A stretch of 64,000 nt of DNA from Alphaproteobacteria bacterium (lineage in GTDB: Bacteria; Pseudomonadota; Alphaproteobacteria; MPNO01; UBA830), in NCBI GenBank assembly GCA_965243135.1, contig OZ251539.1, positions 4,832,001-4,896,000 on the forward strand, read 5' to 3'. Below the pieces are notes generated by a model. It was not told the DNA's origin. It was given only the letters and a program-made list of their open reading frames with translations, and searched no databases. The translations under genes were made by a program, and so were the position numbers. This document shows, one piece after another, positions 20,960 to 30,746 of this stretch. The first letter of the stretch is position 1. Each line of letters starts with the position of its first letter.

Positions 20960-21188
20960 CGAGGATCTCCGCGATTTTATAGTGAGCCATATGGGATCTC
21001 CGCTTTACTTTTCTCGCGTCATTCGGGCGATACGTGATCGCAATGTTGAAATTCTTGTCGGCAAGAAGATGCCGGAATCCTCGACGGAGATCCTCAGCGC
21101 GTTCATCGATGGGATAGTCACCCCATGATCAGGAGGCGTCTTCGTAACCTTCCAGTTCTTCATCCTGCGGAACGGAATGGTTTTCCAT
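20952..21188 (-). pseudogene. Internally deleted gene, probably DUF262 (only the termini remain)
   Basis: 79 codons: MENHSVPQDEELEGYEDAS*SWGDYPIDE joined to RAEDLRRGF..FNIAITYRPND..KVKRR..EILGA*; overlaps the DUF3696 ATPase start. Confidence 0.55.
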
Positions 21189-21742
21189 TTATCCGCACTC
21201 CCTGTCGACTCCGAGCGCGGACATCCGATCGGCGCTCTCGAAAGCCGCCAACTGCGGCGGTTCGGTCAGCAGAAATCGGAGGATCGAGGTCGCCCGGCGC
21301 TTGAACAGCTCCTGGTTGCGGTTCCGCAATCCAGCGGTGCGCACAGCCGACCTAGCACGCAATGTCGCCGCCGAGGGCATTTTCCAAATCCTTTCATCGC
21401 TTCGCCTGCGGCCGCTTGCCGGAAATTAGCGGTACGGCGTCGGCTCCGACTTCTCCACCAAGGCCATTCGCCCGTTTCGCGACACGGTTTCTTGCCTGCT
21501 GAGTTTTCAGCTTCGCCTCGTTTCGACAGTCTTGTACCAGCCTGCCATGAACTCGAAAAGCGCTTTTTCGGGCGCGAAGCGAACGCCGAGTTCGCACGCA
21601 ACGAAGATACTCTCGGCCCGCGCCACCGGATCACGCCAAGGCAGTCGAGGCGCGCACCCCACGGCTTCACGGGAATGGAAACGGGTTCCGGGAGCTCCTC
21701 CGTTCAGGCGCGGTCGCGAGGTTTCTCCCGGCGGCCCCCGGT

Positions 21743-24700
21743 TCAGCCGTCGTCAAGACGGAGTTCGTCGCTGACGCCTTTCAGGAGCTCGTTGACGGCT
21801 TCGACAGTTTCCGGCGCGACTTCCGAACCGTCTCCCAGCGTGATGTGCACGTCGAAGCGCAACGGCACGCCAGCAGCGGCCTTGATGACGTCAGGCACCG
21901 TTTCCACAAAATCCTGCAAAACTCCGGGATCCAACCTCGCCGAGGACTTATAGGCGCCTGCAGGCCCCGGTTCCGGCGCACGCGACGATCCCGTTCCCAC
22001 CGGCCTAGTGTCGGGTTGCATCAACACAACCGCTTCCGCCCCGGCAGAATCGCACGGCCACGACGCGCTGTCAGGCGCCAACTGGAGCCACTTGGAATTT
22101 ATCGCATTGTCGATCGTGCGGCGCACCACCATCCATGGAAGCGTTTCTTCTTCGCACGCCGACAGAGCCACGGTAAGAGCCAAGGCAGTGGTCCGCCCAT
22201 CCTTCCAGGCATCGGGCAACGCTTCCGTCGTCAGTTGATCGACAGTCGGCGCCTTAATCGAAGGACGTAACCGGGCCGCCGGAGTAAACACCCCGGACGG
22301 GAGCGGTTCCCCCTGAATGCTCACCGGACCGTTCAAGAACCAGAGAAGACCGCCTTCAACGGCTTTCGAAACCGCCGTCTCTATCGCATGAGATGCGCAG
22401 CCCGGGATTGCGACGGTCTCCTCGTAGCCATCGCGCTGAACCGTCACGGTCCGGTTACCCGAAAAATACGCCTCAACGTCGGCAACGGTCGCGGCCCCGC
22501 AGTCCCAGAGGCCGGGCAAAACCTCAGGCTCCAAGACGCCGGGGGCGAGTTCCGAGAGCGTGGCCTTACCGGGCAAAAACAGTTCGAGCGCCGGCTCCTT
22601 GAGAGCCGCATCGTCAATCCGCGTACGCCACCACGTCCTCACCGACTTGTCGGGCCGGGCGAGCGAAGCGACGAAATCGCCGTCTTCAACGCCCTGGTTG
22701 ATCGTGTCGAGAACCTCCTTGCGCCGCAACATTTTCGGCAAGCGGGGATTGGTGGCGAAGGCGCCCACCAAGTCCTTGACCCGCCGCGAGGACTCGTTGT
22801 CGCGCCAAAGATCGTATGGACCGCCCGGCAACAACGCCTGCGCGTTGATCGCGGAATCCTGGATCCGTGAGCGCCTGTCCGCCTTGACCGCGGCAAACAA
22901 CGGCTCCGAACCGACCGTGATCTTGAATGCGTGAACGTCGTTCCGCTCGTTCACGCTGACAATGATCGACCATGCTTGACGAATGGCGTCCGGGATTCGT
23001 TTGCGGGCCTGTTCGATCCAACCTGCCAGCATCGACTCCCGCGCGGCGTCCTGCGACTGATCCTTGAGTTGTTCGCGTACGTCTTCCCACCCGAGATACT
23101 CGCGAATCCGGGTTCGAGCGGCGTCAAGACCGTCGCGCGAGGGGACGGCCAAGACAATCGCGTTGCGGCATGTGCGAGGACGATCCGATCCTGTCGTTTC
23201 GTCGATGAAACGCTGCGCGTTCAGGCTCGGCTTTCCCGACTCTGACACCGCGTTCGGGCCCAGAACGGCGAAACGGAACTCGCCATCGTCTCCGATGTCG
23301 CTTGGTTTCGCCGACAGGTTGTGAACACGGGCTCCTGCGGCAGCGGCCCCCTGGGTCAGGGATTTCGCCTGTTGAACATCCGCCAACAACCTGGCCTCGA
23401 TCGCTTCGGACGAGACCCGGTTGTTGCAGGCATCGTGGTGCATCTGCTTCAGGTTGGGACGATTGCCGAGGCGCCATGCTTTCGGTAAAGCCGCGGTCTG
23501 TCCAGCGGTCGGCGAAAACTCCGTCTCGTCCAGGAACCACGACGACTCGGTCCAGCGTTGCAGGCCCTTCTCGAATTCGATGCGGTCCGGGCGCGTGGCG
23601 CCTGCCAGAACGGCGAGATCCGACGTGGACGCTTTCTGGCCGACCGGTTGCGAGCTCAGGAACACTCCGCAAACCACTTGCTCCAGCTCCCGGAATCCGA
23701 GCCCGGGTTGGTCCGTCTGGATTTCGCGAGCCTTCTCGATCTCGCCTTCGAGGATCGCGCTCCACTCGTTGCCCGATCCTTCGCTAACTTCGCGCGTGGC
23801 GATTCCGGTCAACTCGCGGGCCGCTTCCGAAATTCCCGTCCGGCCGGGCGCCGGCAGGAAGACGTTCGGACCGACAAGCGGTGCGCCGTCCCATTTTTCC
23901 GCGTCCCGCAAGGCCAAGGCGAATGTCCGGAGGATCCCGCGAGTGCGTTGAAATCCGTCCAGCTGCGTCCAGCGCATATAGAAGATATCGGTCAGAAGGG
24001 GGTGAAACGGATAGCTGTCGAGGAAGCGCTTTTCCGTGTTCTTTCTGTCCTTGCGGACCGTTTCTTCAAGCGAGGCTATATTCGCCACCGCCGCCGTGAC
24101 GTGAGGCCGGAACGCTTGGGGATCGGAGATCGAAACGGTTTCGAAGAATCGACGACGCAGAACCTCCGCCACGTCGTCCTTCTGAACCGGCTGCACGCCT
24201 TCTTCCTTCTGTCGGCCAAAGATCTCGAATATCGCCGCGATCAGCTCCTTGCCGGTCGTGTCGCTCTTCTCCGGATCCGAGGCGAGCAGCGACGCCACTA
24301 GAGCGCAACGGTCGACCTTGGCGACCGCTTGGCAGAGGTACTGGAAGAAGTCGATCAAGCGGCCGCGCCATACTTCGTCCATCCCCACCTTTTCGCGGGC
24401 GTACATCAGGACCTCGTCGACCAGGATCAGCGTGGAGAGCCCTTCCGCTTGCGGCCGCGACAATAGTTCGGCGAGCAACGGTTCCGCGGGCGGCGTCTCG
24501 CGTTCCTCGTCCTTGTCGTCGGCGTGGAGCGCGCGCAGACCGCTCTCGCCGGCGATCTGAAACGCAAGAACGCTCCAGGGGTTCTTCAGCCAGCGTTCCT
24601 CGCCGTTCGGGCCGCGCACTTCCATGCCCTTTTCGACATCGAGCTTGTCGAAGGAAAGCGCGACGACCCGGGCTCCGGGCAGCGGAACGGCGATGTGCGA

Positions 24701-25075
24701 CCTGAACTGATCCACCGACGGCAACGTCGGCAGCGAATCGGGTTGGTGAACGAGGTGGCGCAGGGTCACCAGCGTATGCGTCTTGCCGCCTCCGTAAGTC
24801 AGCTCGAGATGCCGGATCGCCTTGGCGTTACGGCCGGCAAGCCGTTCGACGACGTCTTTCGCAAGCTCTCGAAGAGAGTAGGTTGGATACGTCAGCGCGA
24901 AAAATCGCGCCGGATCCTCGTAAATCGGGCGAATTCCCCTCTGCATCGCCACGTCGTGCAAGTCGGCTGCGAAATCGGCGAGCGAAAGCTCGCCCGTTCG
25001 CACGTCGTCGCGCAGTCGCACGACCTCGTGCCATGGAGTCCAGGAAACTTTTCCGGGCATATCGTCCTCGCTCAT
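21743..25075 (-). CDS. DUF499 AAA+ ATPase
   Basis: PWHEVVRLRDDV, FAADL, FFALTYPT, LTYGGGKTH Walker A, LVDE Walker B, SYPFHP, FQRTRGILR. Confidence 0.92.
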   Translation of the reverse strand: MSEDDMPGKVSWTPWHEVVRLRDDVRTGELSLADFAADLHDVAMQRGIRPIYEDPARFFALTYPTYSLRELAKDVVERLAGRNAKAIRHLELTYGGGKTHTLVTLRHLVHQPDSLPTLPSVDQFRSHIAVPLPGARVVALSFDKLDVEKGMEVRGPNGEERWLKNPWSVLAFQIAGESGLRALHADDKDEERETPPAEPLLAELLSRPQAEGLSTLILVDEVLMYAREKVGMDEVWRGRLIDFFQYLCQAVAKVDRCALVASLLASDPEKSDTTGKELIAAIFEIFGRQKEEGVQPVQKDDVAEVLRRRFFETVSISDPQAFRPHVTAAVANIASLEETVRKDRKNTEKRFLDSYPFHPLLTDIFYMRWTQLDGFQRTRGILRTFALALRDAEKWDGAPLVGPNVFLPAPGRTGISEAARELTGIATREVSEGSGNEWSAILEGEIEKAREIQTDQPGLGFRELEQVVCGVFLSSQPVGQKASTSDLAVLAGATRPDRIEFEKGLQRWTESSWFLDETEFSPTAGQTAALPKAWRLGNRPNLKQMHHDACNNRVSSEAIEARLLADVQQAKSLTQGAAAAGARVHNLSAKPSDIGDDGEFRFAVLGPNAVSESGKPSLNAQRFIDETTGSDRPRTCRNAIVLAVPSRDGLDAARTRIREYLGWEDVREQLKDQSQDAARESMLAGWIEQARKRIPDAIRQAWSIIVSVNERNDVHAFKITVGSEPLFAAVKADRRSRIQDSAINAQALLPGGPYDLWRDNESSRRVKDLVGAFATNPRLPKMLRRKEVLDTINQGVEDGDFVASLARPDKSVRTWWRTRIDDAALKEPALELFLPGKATLSELAPGVLEPEVLPGLWDCGAATVADVEAYFSGNRTVTVQRDGYEETVAIPGCASHAIETAVSKAVEGGLLWFLNGPVSIQGEPLPSGVFTPAARLRPSIKAPTVDQLTTEALPDAWKDGRTTALALTVALSACEEETLPWMVVRRTIDNAINSKWLQLAPDSASWPCDSAGAEAVVLMQPDTRPVGTGSSRAPEPGPAGAYKSSARLDPGVLQDFVETVPDVIKAAAGVPLRFDVHITLGDGSEVAPETVEAVNELLKGVSDELRLDDG

Positions 25076-25506
25076 TGATCCAAAGCCTGCAAACGACGCG
25101 GCAGGTCGTCGAAGTCTTCGGGACACTTCTGGCGGATTGCGTCAATGCGCCGAGCCGCTTCTCTGCCGAGTGCTCCGCGGCCTCCGCCGGGCCCGTCCGC
25201 CGTTCCCCGCGCTCCGGCCAACCGGTCGAAATACCGCTCTTTCATGTGAACATCCGCACGAACGTCGTTCCAACGCCATTCCGATCCGCGCGGAGAACGA
25301 AGATATCCGTCATTCCGCCGTGCCGACGGACTATCTCCGCAATGCGTCGGGATTTCAGCGCTTCGTTCACGCCGCGCAACAGGGGATCCCGGCAGACGCC
25401 GACGTTCGCCCGCGGGTCTGCAGATCGTCGCGAACAACCGAGACAACAACGGTTTCAGAATAAACTGGTCCTTCCGGAAATCTTCCGCGACGACAAGAAC
25501 GTTCAC
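25072..25506 (-). pseudogene. Damaged TOPRIM-like partner of the second ABC ATPase; reading frame still open
   Basis: Starts MNVLVVAEDFRKDQFILKP; the protein-like middle (VCRDPLLRGVNEALKS..IFVLRADRNG) is in another frame; rejoins at WRWNDVRADVHMKERYF. Confidence 0.6.
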
Positions 25507-26714
25507 CCGTCCGATCTCCCCGTTCCATCGTCCGTGAATGCGATCGTAGTCTCCATCCAACCGTTCCCGAGAAGCCGCCCAAGCCCTTGAGTTTTCCTCA
25601 GTTCCGCAGCGTTCGGCAGCTCGGATACGGGGCGGATAACGGAGTCGGAGGTGCCGGGTCGACGGCAAACGACGGCAGCGTTTTCGAACGTGCTGTCGCT
25701 CATCATGGCGAGCGTCTCCGGAGAATGAGTGGTCGTCACCACCTGCATTCCCCTCTTTTCCGTCTGGCGTTCGATCAATTCGACCAGAAGCCAGAGCCGC
25801 GCAGGATGAATGCCGCTTTCGATCTCCTCGAAAAAACACAGTTGGGCAGGATCGGATTCCAGCAAAACGGCCAGCATGGCGAGAAAGCGCAGCGCGCCGT
25901 CGGACGCGCTGTCAGCCGAGACCGTCGCGCCGTTCGTCTCCCTGATCGCCAAATGGATTTTTCCGGTCGGATCGGCGTCGAATGCGAAGTCTTCTACATC
26001 CATTGGCGTCAATTCGCTTATCCATTCCCTCAGAACCGCCCTGCGTCCGTCATCGGAGCAGATTTCCTTCAGTACGGTCGGAAGGTTTTCGCCGCTGTCG
26101 CCAAGAGCCGTAAGGCCGGGACAAGACGGTTGCTTCAAGATATCCGGAGAGAAACGAAAAAAGCGTATATCGTCGAATGCGGCGATAACCGGTTGAATGC
26201 GTTTCCGCAGATTATCTCCGCCAGAGGTCATCGCGCGAAGCTGCGTCAATGCGGGCTTATGCCGTTCAATGTCGGTCCGGCAGCCGTCGCTCAGGACGAC
26301 ACGCCCGTCTTCGTCTCTGGTCTTGTGAAAAACAACCTCATCCTGAATTTTGAGAGATTCCTCCACTAGCCTGAAGCCAGCGGGTTTCGGATCCTCCCGA
26401 GCGATTTCCAGGAAATAGACGGCCTTCTCTTTCTGCAAATTCAACTCGACTTCGATGCCGAACGAAGATGCGCCACGACGGGTTATCGCGTCGGGGCCGC
26501 CCCGGATCCATTCTTTTTGATCGCTGCCGCCGAATTTTCCGCCAATGATTTCCGCAAACGCGTATCCGCGGCCAACGCCGTGAAGAAATCGAAAGGCGTC
26601 GCGAACGTTGCTCTTGCCGCTCGCGTTCGCGCCCACGACTATCGTGAACGAACCGATGCCGAGTCTTTCATCCACGAAATTTTTGAAGTCATTTAACCGA
26701 AGAGAGGCGATCAC
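25503..26714 (-). CDS. ABC-type (AAA_21/COG4637-like) ATPase
   Basis: GANASGKSN, ASDGAL signature, FEEIESGIHP, TTHS. Confidence 0.88.
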   Translation of the reverse strand: MIASLRLNDFKNFVDERLGIGSFTIVVGANASGKSNVRDAFRFLHGVGRGYAFAEIIGGKFGGSDQKEWIRGGPDAITRRGASSFGIEVELNLQKEKAVYFLEIAREDPKPAGFRLVEESLKIQDEVVFHKTRDEDGRVVLSDGCRTDIERHKPALTQLRAMTSGGDNLRKRIQPVIAAFDDIRFFRFSPDILKQPSCPGLTALGDSGENLPTVLKEICSDDGRRAVLREWISELTPMDVEDFAFDADPTGKIHLAIRETNGATVSADSASDGALRFLAMLAVLLESDPAQLCFFEEIESGIHPARLWLLVELIERQTEKRGMQVVTTTHSPETLAMMSDSTFENAAVVCRRPGTSDSVIRPVSELPNAAELRKTQGLGRLLGNGWMETTIAFTDDGTGRSDG

Positions 26715-26979
26715 GGCACAATCTCCGGCGATGTCGGCAAGTCATGCAGAGCGCTAAAACGGGTATCGCAATGCAGTCGCCGGCCGGTCGTCGGCCGTGG
26801 AAGTCCCAAGGCGAGACATAGGCCATAACGAACATGATACTCTCCTGCGGATGCATGGAATTGGCCCGTATTCCGGCGAACCGCAATCGACGCCGCTCCC
26901 GACATGCCGGCCGCCTGCAGGAATGCGCCCGCCAGGTGCCCGGCGGCCGTTCTTCGCTTTCGTGACGCCCGCGCCGGGA

Positions 26980-29900
26980 TCACGGAACCGACCTGAATTG
27001 CAAATCCGTCTGGCGCGGCGCAGAGCGTCCGCCGAGAACGGCTATGTGGTTCGACAAGGATTCAAGAACGGAACGCTCTTCCGAAGCGGCCGGGGCCAGT
27101 TCGATCAGAGCTTGCAGCAGTTGCGCGAACAACGCGTCGCGAGTCAGCCCGCCCCCGTCCAGATAATCGTTGACCCTGATTTCGTTTCCGGCGCGCCAGA
27201 GATGCATCAGCCGGTGCACCCTGTCGATCAGCGGAATCGGCCGTCCACCCTGCCCCTCATGCCCGAGCCATTTCGCCGTTCGGCGGTCCCACCCCTTCAG
27301 CCGGACTTTGTTGCCCGAGCCGACGGAATCGTCAGCATCGCCGTCCCCGGCTTCGCCATCGTCCGGCCCGGCTTTGTTGGAACGGACAAGGATGTCGAGC
27401 CGGTCGGAAAGATCGCGATCGGAGAGATTGCACGAAATCGCATAGAGAATGCATGCGCCGACCGGAGCCTCGTCGAGACCGAAATCGCCCCGATGCAGCA
27501 GATAATAGGTGGTGACGTCGTCAAGGCCGCTTACGGTCTCCGCATCGCCTCCGTCCGTCAACGCGCGGCCGACGACAAAATCGACGACCATCCGGCGCAC
27601 TTCGCGCAGGAATTCGGAAACCGTCATCTGCGCGCCGGGCTGGTCAGCCTTCTTGACGACCGGGAATTTGGAGAAGGCCTCGAGGGCCGGGCCGGTGGCC
27701 GCCCACACGAAATCGGGCCCGCGGATGCCGGCGTCCCAGAATTCGCGCAGCTTGCGGACGACGTTGTCCCGCATTTCGGCGAGGACAATGTTGTCCCATC
27801 CTTGGGGGGGGGGGGGGGCGGAAACCGAGCGTTTACGGCAGACCAACCAGACGGAGGAAGCGAGCGCTGCCGAGGTCAGCGAACGTTGCCGATTCTGCAT
27901 TTCCGTCTGGATCGGCCACGAACCGTCGACGACGAAACCCGCCCGAATCAGGGCGGCCACCAGCGTTTCCCAAGCGTCGGGCGACTTGTTGGCGAAGACG
28001 ACGACCAGCCGCCCGTCCGATTTCAACGCTTCATGGCATGCTCGAAAGGCGCGCGCCATGCCGCCTTCGTAATTTTGCTTCGACAATGTCCGGTTGCCGT
28101 CGAACCGGCTGGCGTCGTCGATCAACTCGCCGTCGTTCTCTTCCTGGTTCCACTTGGGTCCCAAGGGTTGGGCGAATGCTGCGTCCGTCGCCTCCGAGAG
28201 CCCGTGCAAGGTGCGCCGCAGCCATACATAGAAGAAGTCCATCAGGTCGGAATAAGGGATGGCGTCGTAATATGGCGGGTCGGTAATGATTGCGTCGAAT
28301 TCGCCGCTTCCTTCTTCTATCGCTGACTGACGCAGCGCCCGCGGCTCTGGCGATCCAATCGCCGCTTCCTGCAAGTGTTCGACGACGCGGGCCACCCACT
28401 GGACGGCCTGGATGAAGCCGCCGGTCGTATCCGACAGCGGACTGAATTCGGCAAAGTCCCACACCATCGGCAACGCGAAGCGGGCGAAAGTGCTACGAAT
28501 TACCTCGCGATCATTGGTCCAAGTTGCAAGACTGCTGCCGCGGTCAGCCAAACGGCTAATCGAGGGTGCAAGGCATGCCGAAATAGCGTCGCGCCATTCC
28601 TCCGATACATCGTTGCGCGTCGTTTCCGCACAACGGAGCATCTCGCGCACGAATGTCCCCAGCGTCAGAAGTTGCCGATTTGTGAACAACTTTGACCATT
28701 GATCAAAGCCGTACAAAGATACGCGATTGCCGAGAGCGCCTTGGTTGGGCATTGCCTCCTCCGGCAAACCCAACGGAATATCCGAATAAAGTTTATCCGA
28801 TTCTTCCCGGGATACGCAAGCGCTCTTGAGTTCCTCAGACTCCGGCAGCCGATACGCCTTGCCACTTGGTCCGTCTACGACCACAGCAGTCATAGTCGCG
28901 CCAAGGCGGTCGGCGCGCCCCTCAAGGCGAATATCCTCCATGGTCATTATCGTGGGGCAGCAGGGACACCGTGCGCCGGAACGGCTCATCGTACCCGCGC
29001 CGAGTCGTTTTTCTTGCTCCCGACGCTGCGCTGCGCTGCTTCCCAGAGATGAAATACCCGTCTCGATGCCGAAAACGACCCCGGTCCCGTCCGCGTTCGG
29101 AGCTACGGTCAAAACGACGCGTTTGTTATCCGTCTTGGCAAGCCAGCAGGTTTTGAGAAGCGGAATGGTCGCCCGGCAACCCTTGCATCGCACGGTCCGC
29201 GCCCACAGATAGGCTACCGTCGGTTTCTTTATCCAGCGCGGGTTGCGCGAATCCTTGAGATAAGCGGCGTCGAATTCCGCGTTCAGCGGCGCGACGTCGG
29301 TTTCTCCGCTTGCGTTGGGCGTCAGCAACTTCAGGGGTTTGCTCTCGAACGGCTTGCCGCCGGGAGCAAGCGCCTGAAACTCGGCATAGGTCGGGTAGCG
29401 GCGGGCGAGCTTTCTGCGCGCTTCGGCCAGCACCCGGCGCCCCCAGGCGCGCACCTGCCAGGCAAGATCGGCCTGAAGGGCGGGTTCGCGTTCGATCAAT
29501 GCCGGCTCGCCGTCGTCCTCGCCGTGGCCAAGCGCAGCGAGTTCGCGCGCAAGCGATTTGCCCTTCAGCCCCGTGGCTTTCAGGAAGCCCGTCATGAAAT
29601 CGCGGTCGCGGCGGGCGAACTCCGGCAACGGGAGGGTCTTGCCGGCGAGTCGGCGTGGATAGTCCAGCGTGCATTTGAGGATGAACCACGCGACCGGGTT
29701 GATGTCGACGGCAGTCGCTTCGCAGCCGAGGCGCATGGCCTCCAGCGGGATCGCTCCGCCGCCCGCGAAAGGATCCAGAACCTTGGGCGCGCGGCCGCCA
29801 TGCGCCTTGCGAATTTCCTCGCGAAACCAGTCGAGATCGGGACCGCTCTCGCGTCCCCAGTGGAGTATGCCGCCTCTGGTTTCCCGCTTGCGCCGCTCGA

Positions 29901-30165
29901 CCGTCCTCCCGTCTCGCCGCTCCGTCTTGACGGTTTCGACGATTTCTCCCGCGAGACGCCGGTAGATCTCCTTGCGCTCCTCAGTATTGCCCGGATCGGG
30001 AAGAAGCGTCGCGACCAGCGCCCCGCGGCACGCCGCCAACGGACGCCGCGCCGGCCAAATGTGCAGGGTCGAGATATGCCCGTGACGGACGTTCTTCTCG
30101 TGCACGGAGTCGAGAGACACTTGCTCCAGCGGAAAATCGACCTCGATGAGACGGCGATCCGTCAT
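26980..30165 (-). CDS. DUF1156 adenine-specific DNA methyltransferase
   Basis: LIEVDFP, LHIWPARRPLAACR, LDPFAGGGAIP (motif I), TDPPYYD (motif IV), CxxC insert; ATGA overlap at 30165-30162. Confidence 0.92.
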   Translation of the reverse strand: MTDRRLIEVDFPLEQVSLDSVHEKNVRHGHISTLHIWPARRPLAACRGALVATLLPDPGNTEERKEIYRRLAGEIVETVKTERRDGRTVERRKRETRGGILHWGRESGPDLDWFREEIRKAHGGRAPKVLDPFAGGGAIPLEAMRLGCEATAVDINPVAWFILKCTLDYPRRLAGKTLPLPEFARRDRDFMTGFLKATGLKGKSLARELAALGHGEDDGEPALIEREPALQADLAWQVRAWGRRVLAEARRKLARRYPTYAEFQALAPGGKPFESKPLKLLTPNASGETDVAPLNAEFDAAYLKDSRNPRWIKKPTVAYLWARTVRCKGCRATIPLLKTCWLAKTDNKRVVLTVAPNADGTGVVFGIETGISSLGSSAAQRREQEKRLGAGTMSRSGARCPCCPTIMTMEDIRLEGRADRLGATMTAVVVDGPSGKAYRLPESEELKSACVSREESDKLYSDIPLGLPEEAMPNQGALGNRVSLYGFDQWSKLFTNRQLLTLGTFVREMLRCAETTRNDVSEEWRDAISACLAPSISRLADRGSSLATWTNDREVIRSTFARFALPMVWDFAEFSPLSDTTGGFIQAVQWVARVVEHLQEAAIGSPEPRALRQSAIEEGSGEFDAIITDPPYYDAIPYSDLMDFFYVWLRRTLHGLSEATDAAFAQPLGPKWNQEENDGELIDDASRFDGNRTLSKQNYEGGMARAFRACHEALKSDGRLVVVFANKSPDAWETLVAALIRAGFVVDGSWPIQTEMQNRQRSLTSAALASSVWLVCRKRSVSAPPPPQGWDNIVLAEMRDNVVRKLREFWDAGIRGPDFVWAATGPALEAFSKFPVVKKADQPGAQMTVSEFLREVRRMVVDFVVGRALTDGGDAETVSGLDDVTTYYLLHRGDFGLDEAPVGACILYAISCNLSDRDLSDRLDILVRSNKAGPDDGEAGDGDADDSVGSGNKVRLKGWDRRTAKWLGHEGQGGRPIPLIDRVHRLMHLWRAGNEIRVNDYLDGGGLTRDALFAQLLQALIELAPAASEERSVLESLSNHIAVLGGRSAPRQTDLQFRSVP
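27804..27818. repeat. G15/C15 homopolymer inside the methyltransferase ORF
   Basis: Run of 15 G on the + strand; encodes APPPP, in frame as given. Confidence 0.9.
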
Positions 30166-30746
30166 CTCCGCTGCCATCCCCTCAATATTCCGCGAAACTC
30201 TTCGACGAAGCGGCCGAACGAACCGTCCGCCTGCGCCGCCCGGGCTAGATCCATTTCGCGCACGATGTCTTCGGCGAACTCCACGCCGCCAAGGTTTGGT
30301 ATCGCGCCAGCCTCGTAAACGGCCTTGATCAGGAGTTGCTTGTATCGGTCGCGAAGACACTTCTGGTCCGGCGCCTGACAACCTCGCCCGAGCGCAGTCC
30401 TGAATGCGGCGCCGTCCAGCAAAAGCCAGCGCTCGATGTGCGGGTCGGGAATCGCGAGAAGCAATGGAGCGGGCGGCTGGATGCCCCGGAATTCTCTTGT
30501 ACGCCCGTTCAATCCCTTGCAATTCGCGTCGGTCGCAACCACGATCAGATCGGGTTGATTGCCTCCCTGCCGCTCGAGGTCGCGCAGGTAACGGTCGAAT
30601 TCCCGCACGACCGCGCCGTGACCGCCCACCGCGTTGCGCCAGTCGAACTCGACAGCGACGCCGCGTTCATACGCGAGGCGTTTCGCCAACGCGCCGACGA
30701 CCTGTCGATGGGCGTAGTCCTCGACGAACAATGCGATCTCACGCAT
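30162..30746 (-). CDS. DUF4276/RloB-like TOPRIM-fold protein
   Basis: IALFVED..H, VVATDANC, AIPDPHIERWLL; overlaps the upstream ABC ATPase stop. Confidence 0.7.
   Translation of the reverse strand: MREIALFVEDYAHRQVVGALAKRLAYERGVAVEFDWRNAVGGHGAVVREFDRYLRDLERQGGNQPDLIVVATDANCKGLNGRTREFRGIQPPAPLLLAIPDPHIERWLLLDGAAFRTALGRGCQAPDQKCLRDRYKQLLIKAVYEAGAIPNLGGVEFAEDIVREMDLARAAQADGSFGRFVEEFRGILRGWQRR

Noticed and set aside
21190-21740. Possible eroded gene between DUF499 and the DUF262-like remnant
   Set aside because: Protein-like fragments in several frames but no recognisable motif
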